A stretch of 63,829 nucleotides of DNA, filler included, from Octopus bimaculoides (lineage: Eukaryota), in NCBI RefSeq assembly GCF_001194135.2. It is 7 parts of 7 records of this genome, joined end to end, with 100 filler letters (N's around TTAATTAATTAA, not from the genome) between each part and the next. Parts side by side here need not be neighbours in the genome. Positions count along the whole stretch, not along the records: positions 30,779 to 54,619 come from NC_069005.1; positions 54,720 to 59,421 come from NC_068988.1; positions 59,522 to 61,669 come from NC_068981.1; positions 61,770 to 63,829 come from NC_069009.1; 3 more parts are not named here. One strand, written 5' to 3'. The translations under genes and the position numbers were made by a program. Under the pieces are notes generated by a model, which saw only the letters and a list, made by a program, of their open reading frames with translations, had not been told where the DNA came from and searched no databases. Of the stretch, positions 49,590 through 62,675 are shown in pieces; position 1 is the stretch's first letter; every line of letters begins with the position of its first letter.

Positions 49590-50640
49590 ATGCTCCTCCT
49601 TTTTTTGTCTGGATGTGGTGTCCACTCTGTCAATTTGGTATTCCATCTATTGTCCATCCTTCCTTCTAAACACAGCTGACAAAAGACCAGATATTTTCCA
49701 GATAATATTGGCATTAAGAAGGGCATCTAGCTGTAGAAACTCTGCCAAATCAGATTGAAGCCTGGTGTAGCCATCTGGTTTCACCAGTCCTCAGTCAAAT
49801 TGTCCAACCCATGCTAGCATGGAAAGCGGACGTTAAATGATGATGATGATCCATTAATCCTGTTGCCACTCCTTATCCTGTTGTTTCGCCACTTAACCAT
49901 TTTGTTAATCTTCAGTATTCCCCTTTAAATGGTTCTTAGTGTTGCTCTTAATGTATTTTCAATACTCTTGTTGGTGATCCACGTTCCTGATGCATATGTA
50001 TTGGTAGGCATCACACACTGGTTGAAGACCTTTCTTTTTAGACACTTCAGCAAATTACAGCTCATGATGTGATTCAATTTACCAAAGGCTGCCCATCCCA
50101 ACTGCATTTGTCGTTCAATTTCTTTAGTCTGGTTTTTATCCTTTAAGCATATTTGTCCAAGACAAATGAATTGGTTCACATGTTCAACTATTTCATCTTC
50201 CAGCTGTGATTAGATGCTTGGAGATTATCTTTGTTTTACTAATATAAATTCTAAGCCCACATTTTTAGCTTTCTTCTTTTACTTCTCTGAGCATTTCTGT
50301 TGGTTCTTTAATGATGCTCCTGGAAACGAGTACAGTATCATCAGTGAATCTGAGATGATTTAGCATGCATCCATTTATATTTATTCCATTATCTGACCAA
50401 TAGAAGTTTTTAACAACCTTTTCTAATACAGACATGAATTATTTCAGTGATTATCATGTCTCCTTGTCTGACTCCTTTACCAGTTTTGATGTCAACTACT
50501 TTGTTGTTCATAGTTGCTGCAGTTCTACAGTTGATGTACACATTCCCTAATAACTTTAAATAGTCTCCTCCGATTCCCTTTTTCTCCTCTGAATATATCA
50601 CTAATTTTCCCAGAATCAAAAGCTTTTTCAAAATCTACAA
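49590..50640 (-). mobile_element. Second RTE-family LINE RT relic, interrupted at 49700-49850 by an RTE tail insertion
   Basis: VDFEKAFDS, GVRQGD, HLRFTDD, KRKVFNQCVMP..TYASGTW, DNRWNTKLTEWTP motifs with many stops. Confidence 0.88.
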
Positions 50641-50660
50641 ATGTTATGCATAATGGTATG

Positions 50661-50702
<42 letters not shown>

Positions 50703-51351
50703 NNNNNNNNNNNNNNNNNNNNNNNNNNNNNNNNNNNNNNNNNNNNNNNNNNNNNNNNNNNNNNNNNNNNNNNNNNNNNNNNNNNNNNNNNNNNNNNNNN
50801 NNNNNNNNNNNNNNNNNNNNNNNNNNNNNNNNNNNNNNNNNNNNNNNNNNNNNNNNNNNNNNNNNNNNNNNNNNNNNNNNNNNNNNNNNNNNNNNNNNNN
50901 NNNNNNNNNNNNNNNNNNNNNNNNNNNNNNNNNNNNNNNNNNNNNNNNNNNNNNNNNNNNNNNNNNNNNNNNNNNNNNNNNNNNNNNNNNNNNNNNNNNN
51001 NNNNNNNNNNNNNNNNNNNNNNNNNNNNNNNNNNNNNNNNNNNNNNNNNNNNNNNNNNNNNNNNNNNNNNNNNNNNNNNNNNNNNNNNNNNNNNNNNNNN
51101 NNNNNNNNNNNNNNNNNNNNNNNNNNNNNNNNNNNNNNNNNNNNNNNNNNNNNNNNNNNNNNNNNNNNNNNNNNNNNNNNNNNNNNNNNNNNNNNNNNNN
51201 NNNNNNNNNNNNNNNNNNNNNNNNNNNNNNNNNNNNNNNNNNNNNNNNNNNNNNNNNNNNNNNNNNNNNNNNNNNNNNNNNNNNNNNNNNNNNNNNNNNN
51301 NNNNNNNNNNNNNNNNNNNNNNNNNNNNNNNNNNNNNNNNNNNNNNNNNNN

Positions 51352-51550
51352 TCCGGCCTGGAAGTTGTTTTCCATAAGCAAAATGAGGACCTTCTGTAAT
51401 TCACTTTGGATCTTGACAACGGTATTAAAATGGTGAGCTTTAAGCTACATTTTCATTTTGGGGAAAAGACGGAAATCCACAGGTGCTAAATCTGGTGAAT
51501 AGGGTAGGTGCAGAAGTGGTACCATGTTGCTTTTGGTGAGAAACTCAAAA
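51352..51550 (-). mobile_element. mariner (DD34D-type) transposase C-terminal fragment
   Basis: HLPYSPDLAPVDFRLFPKMKM*LKAHHF...IQSELQKVL..L.ENNFQAG. Confidence 0.85.
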
Positions 51551-52000
51551 GTAAGGAGCCAGATTTTAGGGGTGATGTGCTTGCAGAAATTGTCTGACAG
51601 CCATTACTGGGTTCTCCACTTGTGTGGCATGGTGCAGAGTCCTGTTGCCAGACATAGGGTCTTCTAGCAGCCACCTTCTTGACCCAGGGCAACACTACCT
51701 CCTCCAGGCATTTGATGTATGCCTTCATGTTGAGTTTGAGACCGTGAGGGAAAATGAATGGAGGCATAATGTTGCCATCACTAGTGATCACTCCAAACAC
51801 CACGATGTTGACTGGATGTTTGAGTTTTATCACTCTTGGTACATGTCCTCAGATTGAAAACTCAAACACTCTGAAATGTTCGTATCCAAGCTCCTGGTAT
51901 GAATGCCAAGCAGTACAGCATGTCATTTCCAAATTTCTGGCAGAGTGAATTGCGCCATGGTGCTCTTTTTCTCTCAGACGGTGCCCAATTGACCCTACGA
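51551..52000 (-). mobile_element. Tc1/maT-like transposase fragment
   Basis: KHPVNIVVFGVITSDG.IMPPFIFPHGL...YVWQQDSAPCHTS..WLSDNFCKHITPKIW; internal deletion and one frameshift. Confidence 0.85.
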
Positions 52001-53624
52001 TACTGTGTAGTTGACAAAATCAAAAGCAAACAATGCACAAGCTCGAAATTAAAGATATAAAATAGCAACAATTTACCCATCGCAATCTGTGTCTATATAT
52101 ATATATATATAATAAATATATCATATATATATATATGCCGGCTTTTCTCCATTTTGATGGAGATTTTTCCAATTTGTTTTTCACCCACACTCTTGCAAAT
52201 GATGGGAGGAAGCTTTTTATGAAACACAAATTCGAAAATTTATGAGTTTTTTTCAAACTTCTTCTCCGAGTCAGTACCAATTTTGACTAGTGTTTTTTTT
52301 TTTTTTTGCACTATGCACTTAAAAATAATGTGACAAGTCTTGAAGGTTAAAAAGAAGAATTTTGTAAATCAGAGATTACCATTATAATCTCTACTTCCTT
52401 TATTTTCAAACAGAAAATGAAACGTAATTTAAAAACAATAATGAAATTTTTATTTAGTTTTTTTTTCATTAACCCCCACCCCNNNNNNNNNNNNNNNNNN
52501 NNNNNNNNNNNNNNNNNNNNNNNNNNNNNNNNNNNNNNNNNNNNNNNNNNNNNNNNNNNNNNNNNNNNNNNNNNNNNNNNNNNNNNNNNNNNNNNNNNNN
52601 NNNNNNNNNNNNNNNNNNNNNNNNNNNNNNNNNNNNNNNNNNNNNNNNNNNNNNNNNNNNNNNNNNNNNNNNNNNNNNNNNNNNNNNNNNNNNNNNNNNN
52701 NNNNNNNNNNNNNNNNNNNNNNNNNNNNNNNNNNNNNNNNNNNNNNNNNNNNNNNNNNNNNNNNNNNNNNATATATATATATATATAATAAATATATCAT
52801 ATATATATATATTTATATAAAAGAATGAAACATAAAAATGTGAAGTGGGTCCTCTGACCCACTCCATGAGGGGTCAGTAAATCCAGATAGGAACTGGCTG
52901 AGATCCTGGTGACCCGTCCAATTCTGCTGCCACATAAAAAGTAGATACAAAATGGTGATGATAATGAAAAAGATTTTAGACACTCTTCTCTGAACATTTT
53001 AGAATAAGGCAGCACATTTTAATGTGATGGAATGAAGAGGTGGTGATTGTGAGGCTGCCATCAGTCTTCCCACTCATGTGAATCATAAGTGGAAGGCAAT
53101 AGTTGAATGTAGTGTAATGATTGATGATAAGAGTATATGAGTTAATATCTCTTTCCATCTTTAGGATGATTTAGCTGCTATTTCTAGAAGGCTCTCCAGT
53201 TGGCAGTTGTTGTTTAGACCCAGATAACACCCGATTGAGCAGATCTATTAACAGAAGTATTCCAAATGTGACCATCTCGACTTTTTGAATAGGCAGGATA
53301 ACATTATCTAATGTGTCCTTTAACAGAGAGGGGGGGGGAGAAGGGTGTAGTACATGAGTTGAGGGAGATTTAACTACTGTGTCAGGCCGTTCCTTCTACG
53401 AGGTACAAACGAAGAAGATTATCTCGTTGGAATGTTTAGTTTGGAGGCCAGACTCGTACAAAGTCCACAAGATGGAAATGATTCGATGTTTCCCACCGAT
53501 TATCCGACTCGCCCACATTTCATAATTCAGAGATACCCAAGAATAATAAATAAAGGAAGAATTCAGACAAAGAAAGAAGAAAAAACAACAACGAAAATAA
53601 TCTACGTGTATGTATGTCACTTAC

Positions 53625-53720
53625 CTGGAGGAATGTCTTGGATAAGAAACACATTGCAAAATTTCGAATTTGTGTAGCTTATTCCATAGCGTCGAGAAAT
53701 ACAGCTAAATTGTTTCTAGT
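53625..53720 (-). other. Candidate 5' UTR exon of the CCDC92-like gene (upstream boundary approximate)
   Basis: Perfect donor CCAG|gtaagt on the minus strand at 53625/53624 in unique sequence; the coding exon at 48626 has an acceptor and so needs an upstream exon. Confidence 0.45.
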
Positions 53721-54583
53721 TATTCTAGTGAGAAAAAGAAAAAGAGAAAAAAAGACAGTAGATTATGCTTCACATTAGAAAAAAATGCAGCAAAATGCCA
53801 TTACTTGCGTGAAAATTACAAAAGAGAAAAAATCTGAAAATTAAGTATTCAAAATTTTGGGGAGAGAAACCATTCTTATTCAAGCTTCTCTTTTGGTGTC
53901 TCCTTCACAAACAAACCACGCAAAACAGTGAGAGAAAAAAGAAAGACAGCAATATTTATCAGCACTTTTACAATAAAGATTACTCTAAAATCAATGATGT
54001 ATTGTTCTTATTATCATTATTATTATCATTATGTCTATTTTTGTTTTTTCATCTTCGTTCGTAAATTCATCGTTTTCGGAAAGAACACAGTATTCTGTGC
54101 CGTCTGAATGAAGTTCATTTCAACCTTACCTTATCAAATCGTATCCTAAAAACCTTCAAACAGGAAAGGCTATACTACTGAAAAAATATATATATATGTA
54201 TACAGAAAGACGGGATGATCAAGGTTGGAACGGCCTCGATCATATGGTCAACTCAATCAGGACCAACCATCCCAGGGCTAAACAACAACTGCCAACATTC
54301 TTAATGTCTGTAACTCTTGGCGTCTGTGTTTGTATGAATGAATGAAAGAATGTGTGTGTGTGTCAGAACAGAAATATGTCTAGCGTGTTGACCAAATATT
54401 AAACATACCCACACACAAATCACGAAATCGTTTCATTTAAACGTTGTTTATATATATATATATATATACACTCATGTGATTGCCTATACACATACGTAAA
54501 TACACACGTAACATGCATAAATGTACGTAATATACATACATAACCACATACGTACAAACATATATACATACATAACATACAAA

Positions 54584-54615
<32 letters not shown>

Positions 54616-55214
54616 GGTANNNNNNNNNNNNNNNNNNNNNNNNNNNNNNNNNNNNNNNNNNNNTTAATTAATTAANNNNNNNNNNNNNNNNNNNNNNNNN
54701 NNNNNNNNNNNNNNNNNNNGATGATGATGATGATGATGTTGATGATGATGTTGATGACGATGAAAACAATGATGATGATGATGGCGACGATGATGATGAT
54801 GTTGATTATGATGATGATGATGATGACATTGATGATGATGATGGTGATGATGATGATGAGGATGATGATGCTGATGATGATAATGATGATGATTATGATG
54901 ATGATGATGATGATGATGATGATAATGATAATGATGATGCTGATGACGATGAAGACAATGATGATGATGTTGACGATGTCTATGACGACGACGACGACAA
55001 TGATCATAAGGATAAATAACTGCGTTGATATTGCCGGTCATAATGTTGACGGTATTGTTTATGTTAAGGTCACCGCGGTTATGATCATGAAAGCGGTCGT
55101 GGTTGGAGAGGTGGCAGTTAAGGTTCAAATAACACTCGACCTAAGCGATGCAAACGTGGCTTAAATGTGTGCCGCCAGTCACAGATGAGAGAGTCTCGGT
55201 AATCTTTGGCTGAG

Positions 55215-55480
55215 GTATTCGTATTATTATTATTTTTATTATCATTAGTGTTGTTGTCGTGGTTATATTATTATTATTGTTATTCTTATTATTATTATGA
55301 TTATTATCATTATTATTAGTTGTTGTTCTTGTTATTATTATTACTGTTACTCTTATCATTATTACGATTATTATTATTATTATTATTATTATTATTGTTA
55401 TTATTATTATTATTTTATCATTATTGTTATTCTTATTATTATTATTACTGTTGTTGTTAGGGCTATTATTATTATTATCC
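55215..55480. repeat. (TAT)n microsatellite field
   Basis: Direct inspection; similar tracts at 14580-14640, 41790-41870, 44633-44760, 59590-59700 and 62610-62670. Confidence 0.95.
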
Positions 55481-55783
55481 AGTAGTTTTATTTTTATAAC
55501 GTGCTTTCACTTCACTACCGAGTGCAGCTCTGTGCGCCTTGGGTATGTGCTGTGGTTTGCTGTGGTGCTCTTATGTTTACTGTGTTGAAAGTGTTTTGTG
55601 TAGGATGTGTGCAGTGCCCAGTAGTGCAATTTTCTGTATGTTATATATATTTGTAAGTCCTGGTGTTTTTGTTATGTATTTGTCTGAATATTTTTTTATT
55701 ATACCTAAGGCACCTACTATAATAGGAATTGTTTCTGTTTTTAGATTCCACATTCGAGTTATCTCTATTTCCAGGTCTTTGTA

Positions 55784-55785
<2 letters not shown>
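55480..55785 (-). mobile_element. Dong/R4-clade LINE 3' fragment inside (TAA)n
   Basis: KDLEIEITRMW.LKTETIPIIVGALG...IQKIALLGTAHIL.K.L (REL-endonuclease C-terminus) plus 3' UTR; (TAT)n on both flanks. Confidence 0.88.
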
Positions 55786-55826
<41 letters not shown>

Positions 55827-55832
55827 ATCATT

Positions 55833-55864
<32 letters not shown>

Positions 55865-57224
55865 TCTAATCATCTATTTTAACTTTAATCATGATAATCA
55901 TTATATGTGTAGCCCCTTGTGGGCAGTAAAGAAATATGAAACGCTAGCGTGCCGGGCAAAATGCTCAGAGGAATTTCGTCTGTCTTTACGTCCTGAGTTC
56001 AAATTCCGCCGAGGTCGACTTTGCATTTCATCCTTCGGGGTCGATGAATTAAGTACCAGTTGCGTACTGGGGTCGATCTAATCAAGCGGCCCCTCTCCAA
56101 AAATTTAGAGCCTTGAGTAGAAAAGAATATTTTTGTTGCTACTATTATGCTGTGGCGGTATTCCGCGTCTTATTAACTTTGACACACGATCTCAGATCAG
56201 GTCACTTGCTATGCGAGTACATCTCCATAAATAAAGTATTTGATACAAATGTTATGTGCTTTGATACGAATAAAGTATCGTAAACTTACTGTTTCATATC
56301 TAATCTATGAGAAGCGCATAAAATATTTCTTAATAAAAGCATACAAACAGCCATTACATTATTTTCAGAAGAGTTCACAGAAAAGGAACGCAAGAGAAAA
56401 TATACGTATTGCATTAAACATGTTGTAAATAGCATAGTGAAATATATATGAAGTTTGGTAAACGCCAGTTATTTCTCTTGCATCTTTTGGAATTGAAAAT
56501 ATCTATGCAGAGAGTATCCGCAATAAATTGAAAAATGAGTAAGTTTGATATACCATAGCACGGAATTTTATCAGTGATCAGGTCACGGTCTCAAAGCGAC
56601 GAAAATATTTTGGCAAATTAAATTTAAATGTTGAAGTGACTCTAACGGTTTTGTGTGTTTTTAAATGGGCTATAAACACCTTCTACGCTGCAATTGTTTT
56701 CGTTTCTGCACACGATCTCCGGTCAGGTCACTTGCTATGCAAATACATCTTCGTAATTTTTTTTTTTAATTTTTTTTGTAAATATCGGAGTAGTGCAAAA
56801 GTTACTCTCAGTTTAGAAAGTATCAACTTAATTCATGAAATTAGGATATAACTTTCGAGAACTTAGTTATAAATGTTTACAGAATGATTGATATATAAAT
56901 AAAGAATATATGTCTTAGTTTATCGTTCGTTTATCTAATGCAAAAGTAACCAGATTTTCCAATATTTTGCAAGGTACTTATTGAAATTATGGCTTCTGCT
57001 AAAGAACTCTAATCTTGTATTTAAAAGATCTTTTGATGTGTGGTTCCATTTTACAATTTATAAACCACACCTTATTCCTTAACGAATATATTTTTCATTT
57101 TGAGGATGGCTGTGTGTGATTCGAGGGTGATTTAGCTGCTGACCATGTGGTACTTTTTTCGATTGATGATAGTAAGAATGTCAAAGTGCTTGCAAATTCC
57201 ATACCTTAGATGTTCATTACGACC

Positions 57225-57240
57225 TTGTTGTTGTTACTGT

Positions 57241-57271
<31 letters not shown>

Positions 57272-57340
57272 GCTGCTGCAGCTGCTGCTGCTGCTGCAGC
57301 TGTCGATGATGGTCGTGGTAGTGGTGGTGGTGGTGGTGCT
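57225..57340. repeat. GC-rich (CTG)n/(GGT)n trinucleotide tract
   Basis: About 20 interrupted CTG/CAG units followed by (GGT)n. Confidence 0.9.
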
Positions 57341-58176
57341 ATAGTCATTCTTCTTGTTTAACACGGTACTATTTTCTGAACGAACAGACTATTATGAAAA
57401 TGTGCACGAGTCAGAAATATCCAAGCATTATTCGATGCAAGCGTGTGGGGAATATCACGAATTGCATTATCTGACATTTTATTCTCCTTTTCTCAGATGA
57501 TACAATGTGATTTGCATGTGATTTTTCTGTTATTTTCGTAGGTCGATCGCCCGGGTAGAAACTCGTTTACTTTTCAAGATGGCGACGATGATGTCGATGG
57601 TAATAGCATGCACAACAGTACTACTACTCCTACTTGGATCGTTATTATTAGCGTCGGTAGAATCGATAAAGTTTCAGACAAAATATTTTGTGGTATTTGT
57701 CACGGCCCTTTGTTCCCAGTTCAAATACCACCGCGGTCATCATTGCCTTTCAACCACCTTGGATCGAAGATATAATAACCAGGCAAGTGTTCAGATCGAT
57801 TATATTGACTTTTGCCCCCGCCCCCCACCTCAAAATTTTCAGGTCATGTGTTTATCATAGAAAGAATTATTATTATTATTATTATTATTATTATTGATAA
57901 GCTGGCAAAATCTTTGAAGCGACGGAAATGTTCATTGTGACATCTGTTCACGATCTTTTATCTTTTACTTGTGTCAGTCATTAGACTGAGGCCATGCTGG
58001 GGTACCGCCTTGAGGAAATTTGCTCAAATGAATCGACCTCAGTACATTTTCAAGCCTAACATTCTCTTTTGCTGAAGCACTTGACACGGAGCAGTTAACA
58101 TACAACCACCGGTTGTCAAGCGGCGGTGGTGCGACAAACAAAGATGCGAAGACACACACACACAGACATAATTATA

Positions 58177-58229
<53 letters not shown>

Positions 58230-58921
58230 NNNNNNNNNNNNNNNNNNNNNNNNNNNNNNNNNNNNNNNNNNNNNNNNNNNNNNNNNNNNNNNNNNNNNNN
58301 NNNNNNNNNNNNNNNNNNNNNNNNNNNNNNNNNNNNNNNNNNNNNNNNNNNNNNNNNNNNNNNNNNNNNNNNNNNNNNNNNNNNNNNNNNNNNNNNNNNN
58401 NNNNNNNNNNNNNNNNNNNNNNNNNNNNNNNNNNNNNNNNNNNNNNNNNNNNNNNNNNNNNNNNNNNNNNNNNNNNNNNNNNNNNNNNNNNNNNNNNNNN
58501 NNNNNNNNNNNNNNNNNNNNNNNNNNNNNNNNNNNNNNNNNNNNNNNNNNNNNNNNNNNNNNNNNNNNNNNNNNNNNNNNNNNNNNNNNNNNNNNNNNNN
58601 NNNNNNNNNNNNNNNNNNNNNNNNNNNNNNNNNNNNNNNNNNNNNNNNNNNNNNNNNNNNNNNNNNNNNNNNNNNNNNNNNNNNNNNNNNNNNNNNNNNN
58701 NNNNNNNNNNNNNNNNNNNNNNNNNNNNNNNNNNNNNNNNNNNNNNNNNNNNNNNNNNNNNNNNNNNNNNNNNNNNNNNNNNNNNNNNNNNNNNNNNNNN
58801 NNNNNNNNNNNNNNNNNNNNNNNNNNNNNNNNNNNNNNNNNNNNNNNNNNNNNNNNNNNNNNNNNNNNNNNNNNNNNNNNNNNNNNNNNNNNNNNNNNNN
58901 NNNNNNNNNNNNNNNNNNNNN

Positions 58922-58966
<45 letters not shown>

Positions 58967-59521
58967 GTATGTATATGAAAGACTTCTTTCAGTTTCCAGC
59001 TATTAAATCCATTCACGAGGTGTTGGTCGGCCAGAAAATATAATAGAAGACAGTTGCCTAATGTACCACTCAGTGGAGGTGAACCCGGAATTATTTGGTT
59101 GGCAAGCAAGCTTCGTACCACACACCCATGCCTGCGCTTATATATAATGCAAAGATATATTCCGGCCATGACCAATTCTCCTTTATTTCCTATTATCACG
59201 TGTCATCTACATTACGGTAGGGTGTGAGTTAAGAGAAATTCAGCTGCTGTTCCATACATCTCAAAAGACCACGTAGAGGCTTCTTTGCTTGATATTAGGT
59301 ATTGTTGCTGCTTAACCCCAGGCAAAACCTTTCGAGCATGTCAGCAATGACCGTGCACTTTGAGATTAATGACGTTCCAAGTATGACTAATACGCCCGTT
59401 ATACATATAAGAATATATATANNNNNNNNNNNNNNNNNNNNNNNNNNNNNNNNNNNNNNNNNNNNTTAATTAATTAANNNNNNNNNNNNNNNNNNNNNNN
59501 NNNNNNNNNNNNNNNNNNNNN

Positions 59522-59590
59522 GTGCATTCTATGCATTGTCAATAGTTTTCGTATTTTTCTGTCAACATTACATATTTCAGTAATTGACCT
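59522..59590 (-). mobile_element. Dong/R4 RT thumb fragment abutting (TAA)n
   Basis: NVDRKIRKLLTMHRMH matches the R4-clade DRKTRKLLTMH motif; runs into a gap. Confidence 0.65.
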
Positions 59591-59601
59591 ATTATTATTA
59601 C

Positions 59602-59698
<97 letters not shown>

Positions 59699-60237
59699 GC
59701 ATGCGTGAAAGTCATAAACACTTTTTATTAGTCCTGCACGAATTAAGGGCATAAATACTTCATTCTATTGATTTGTGGTCCACATACTCTGAATTACAAA
59801 AGCAAATATTAACCACTAATATAACATACATTCCATTTCATTGAAATTTTCAGGACCGATGTCGTGATGCATTTAAATTTGGCTTTCACTAATTCGAAAT
59901 ATGTAAAGGGAAAATCTGGAATTCAACGGATCAAGCAAACTTCTCTAAACTTTGTAACTTGCCAGAAATTTACCTCAAATACATTTATGGCGGTAGAGCG
60001 GAATGCAGGGCAACAAATCAAGTACAACAATATTAATTGTTCTTCACATACTCATTCTGGATGAACTTTTATCTAGTTGTAATGAAGCATACAGTGTAAT
60101 GCAGGTAATGCAGAGCAGTTTGACCAATTTCACTTTTAAAAGTTCCTGCAAGTATCTGATAATTTCCAAGATAAATGATGACAATATTACATGTCGAGTT
60201 GATAGCAATCTGAGAAGAGGAGAACACCAGCGCACAG

Positions 60238-60273
<36 letters not shown>

Positions 60274-60417
60274 NNNNNNNNNNNNNNNNNNNNNNNNNNN
60301 NNNNNNNNNNNNNNNNNNNNNNNNNNNNNNNNNNNNNNNNNNNNNNNNNNNNNNNNNNNNNNNNNNNNNNNNNNNNNNNNATGTGTGAGTGTGTGTGTGT
60401 ATGTGTGTGTGTGTATG

Positions 60418-60449
<32 letters not shown>

Positions 60450-61514
60450 CATACACAAACATAGGCGCAGGCGTGGGCGTCTAGTAATAATAATAATATA
60501 CACTACAGGCATAATTAGGTGCATCTTTGACTACAAAATTCATTTAGCAAACAATTAATTAAAGTCTAGGTTTCTTATGTAGCTCATATCAATCCCATGA
60601 GATGGCGACGTCAACTTTTGCTCATGTGATTTGGAGGGGAAATATTTGTCAATGAAAATGTGAATTTCTATATTACAATAAGTTTGTAGACGTGTGATTG
60701 GTCCGGTTGACAGTTTCATTACGCGTATACATATGCTATATGTGTATTCTTGTGTGTTTAGTATGTACGTGTGATATGTGAGTCGTTTTGTTTTCATCTT
60801 TCTTATTATTTGTAGATTCTATCTGTATAGCCTGATGGCTGTGTAGAACTAATTTCAGTAGCACATTAAAGTGTGTGTGTTTCGGATGCGTGCTGACGCC
60901 GTGTGTTTACACAACTAAATTTTCCAGCAGTTATGTGACGGGATTTGATGTCAAAGCATGCTGTGAAGATCACACTTTCATTGTGCAGTTGTATACTATT
61001 CGATTTTACTCCTGGTAATATCCGGAACTTCTTGGTTTAGCAAAGAGCGCAATGCATTGTTCCTCTGATATACGGTTTGGATCTAACTAGATATTTCTGT
61101 CTGATGTTATATGGATTTCCCTTTTCTATTATTTTGAAAACACGTTCCGCAAGGGTCGTTCCTGTCCTCTATTCTGGTTGTATTATGGACTCGATTTGTG
61201 TGAATATTACAGTTGCTTAAATCAGTCTTCTACCATATATATACAAATACACAAGCACACACATAAAAACCACAGACACACACAGACACACACATACGCA
61301 CACGCACATACACATATTTAGTTGCTGATGAAAATAAAGTATATTCGAAAAAGAACAAGAAATTCTTACAAGAGAATATAGCAGTGTCGTGAACATTTAT
61401 AGTTCGATGAAAATGTGACTTGTAAATATATACATACATACACACAAATTCACACACACGCACATACGCGCGCATACACACACACACACTCACGCACGCA
61501 CACACGCACACACG

Positions 61515-61556
<42 letters not shown>

Positions 61557-61769
61557 GTAATGCTATCTTTTGGAGTCTCAGCTTTTTTAGCTGCTATTTC
61601 TGAACTTTGGTATGTGGTGAAGCAAATGCTTGCTGATCCCTTAATTATGTTTATATATATATATATATANNNNNNNNNNNNNNNNNNNNNNNNNNNNNNN
61701 NNNNNNNNNNNNNTTAATTAATTAANNNNNNNNNNNNNNNNNNNNNNNNNNNNNNNNNNNNNNNNNNNN

Positions 61770-62045
61770 CAAAACAATGTACATGATAACACTTCCAATC
61801 AGTTAAGATCAGAGGCCATGAGAGCCACTGCCTGGTACTGCATCCGGGCTGACATATCGTCAGCCACCAAGGGACATGCTCAACTGGTTAAGGTCAAACA
61901 ACTGACAAGCAAATCTGTGGTATTGAGCAGAATATTTGCTGGGGCTCATCTTATTATACCAAGACAAAACAATGTACATGATAACACTTCCAATCAGTTA
62001 AAATCAGAAGCCATGAGAGCCACTGCCTGGTACTGCATCCGAGCA
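61770..62045. repeat. 195-bp tandem repeat (about 1.4 units visible)
   Basis: 61770-61845 recurs at 61965-62040; the first unit starts at a gap. Confidence 0.8.
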
Positions 62046-62309
62046 TTTATTATTATTATTATTATTAGTATCATCATCATCATCATCATTATTATTATTA
62101 ACCGAGCAAAGGTGGAAACAACCTTACTAATCATAGTAATAATGTTAATGGAAACTTCGAAACAAATTTCAAAAATAAAGAAATAATAATAACAGAAAAT
62201 AATGATTCCAGTTTTTGTTATTTCAATGGAACTGACACTTTTAAACACATCGATTAAATAAACATACACAAAAAACATTATTATTATTGCTGTTGTTATT
62301 ATTATTATT

Positions 62310-62525
62310 ATTGTTCAGTACTTTTATTTTTATAGCGTGCTTTCACTTCACTACCGAGCGCAGCTCTATGTGCCTTGAGTATGTGCTGTGGCTTGCTGTG
62401 GTGCTCTTATGGTTACTGTATTGAAAGTGTTTTGCGTAGGATGTGTGCAGTGCCCAGTAGTGCAATTTTCTGTAAGTTATATATATTTGTTAGTCCTGGT
62501 GTTTTTGTTATGTATTTGTCTGAAT
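62310..62525 (-). mobile_element. Short Dong/R4 3' fragment
   Basis: YITKTPGLTNIYNLQKIALLGTAHILRKTLSIQ* plus 3' UTR; homologous to 55480-55690. Confidence 0.88.
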
Positions 62526-62614
62526 ACAAATACATAACAAAAACACCAGGACTTACAAATATATATAACATATATAACATATATAACATATATAACATAT
62601 ATATAATATATATA

Positions 62615-62669
<55 letters not shown>

Positions 62670-62675
<6 letters not shown>

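Noticed and set aside
52085-52815. ~30-bp AT-rich duplication flanking a gap-containing segment
   Set aside because: Cannot distinguish a TSD from microsatellite coincidence or assembly overlap.
53618-53632. ACTTACCTGG resembling the U1 snRNA 5' end
   Set aside because: The match stops after 10 nt; it is the complement of a minus-strand splice donor.
57579-57860. ORF MATMMSMVIACTTVLLLLLGSLLLASVES... resembling a signal peptide
   Set aside because: Built from degenerate (GAT)n/(TAC)n repeats running into a SINE at ~57650.
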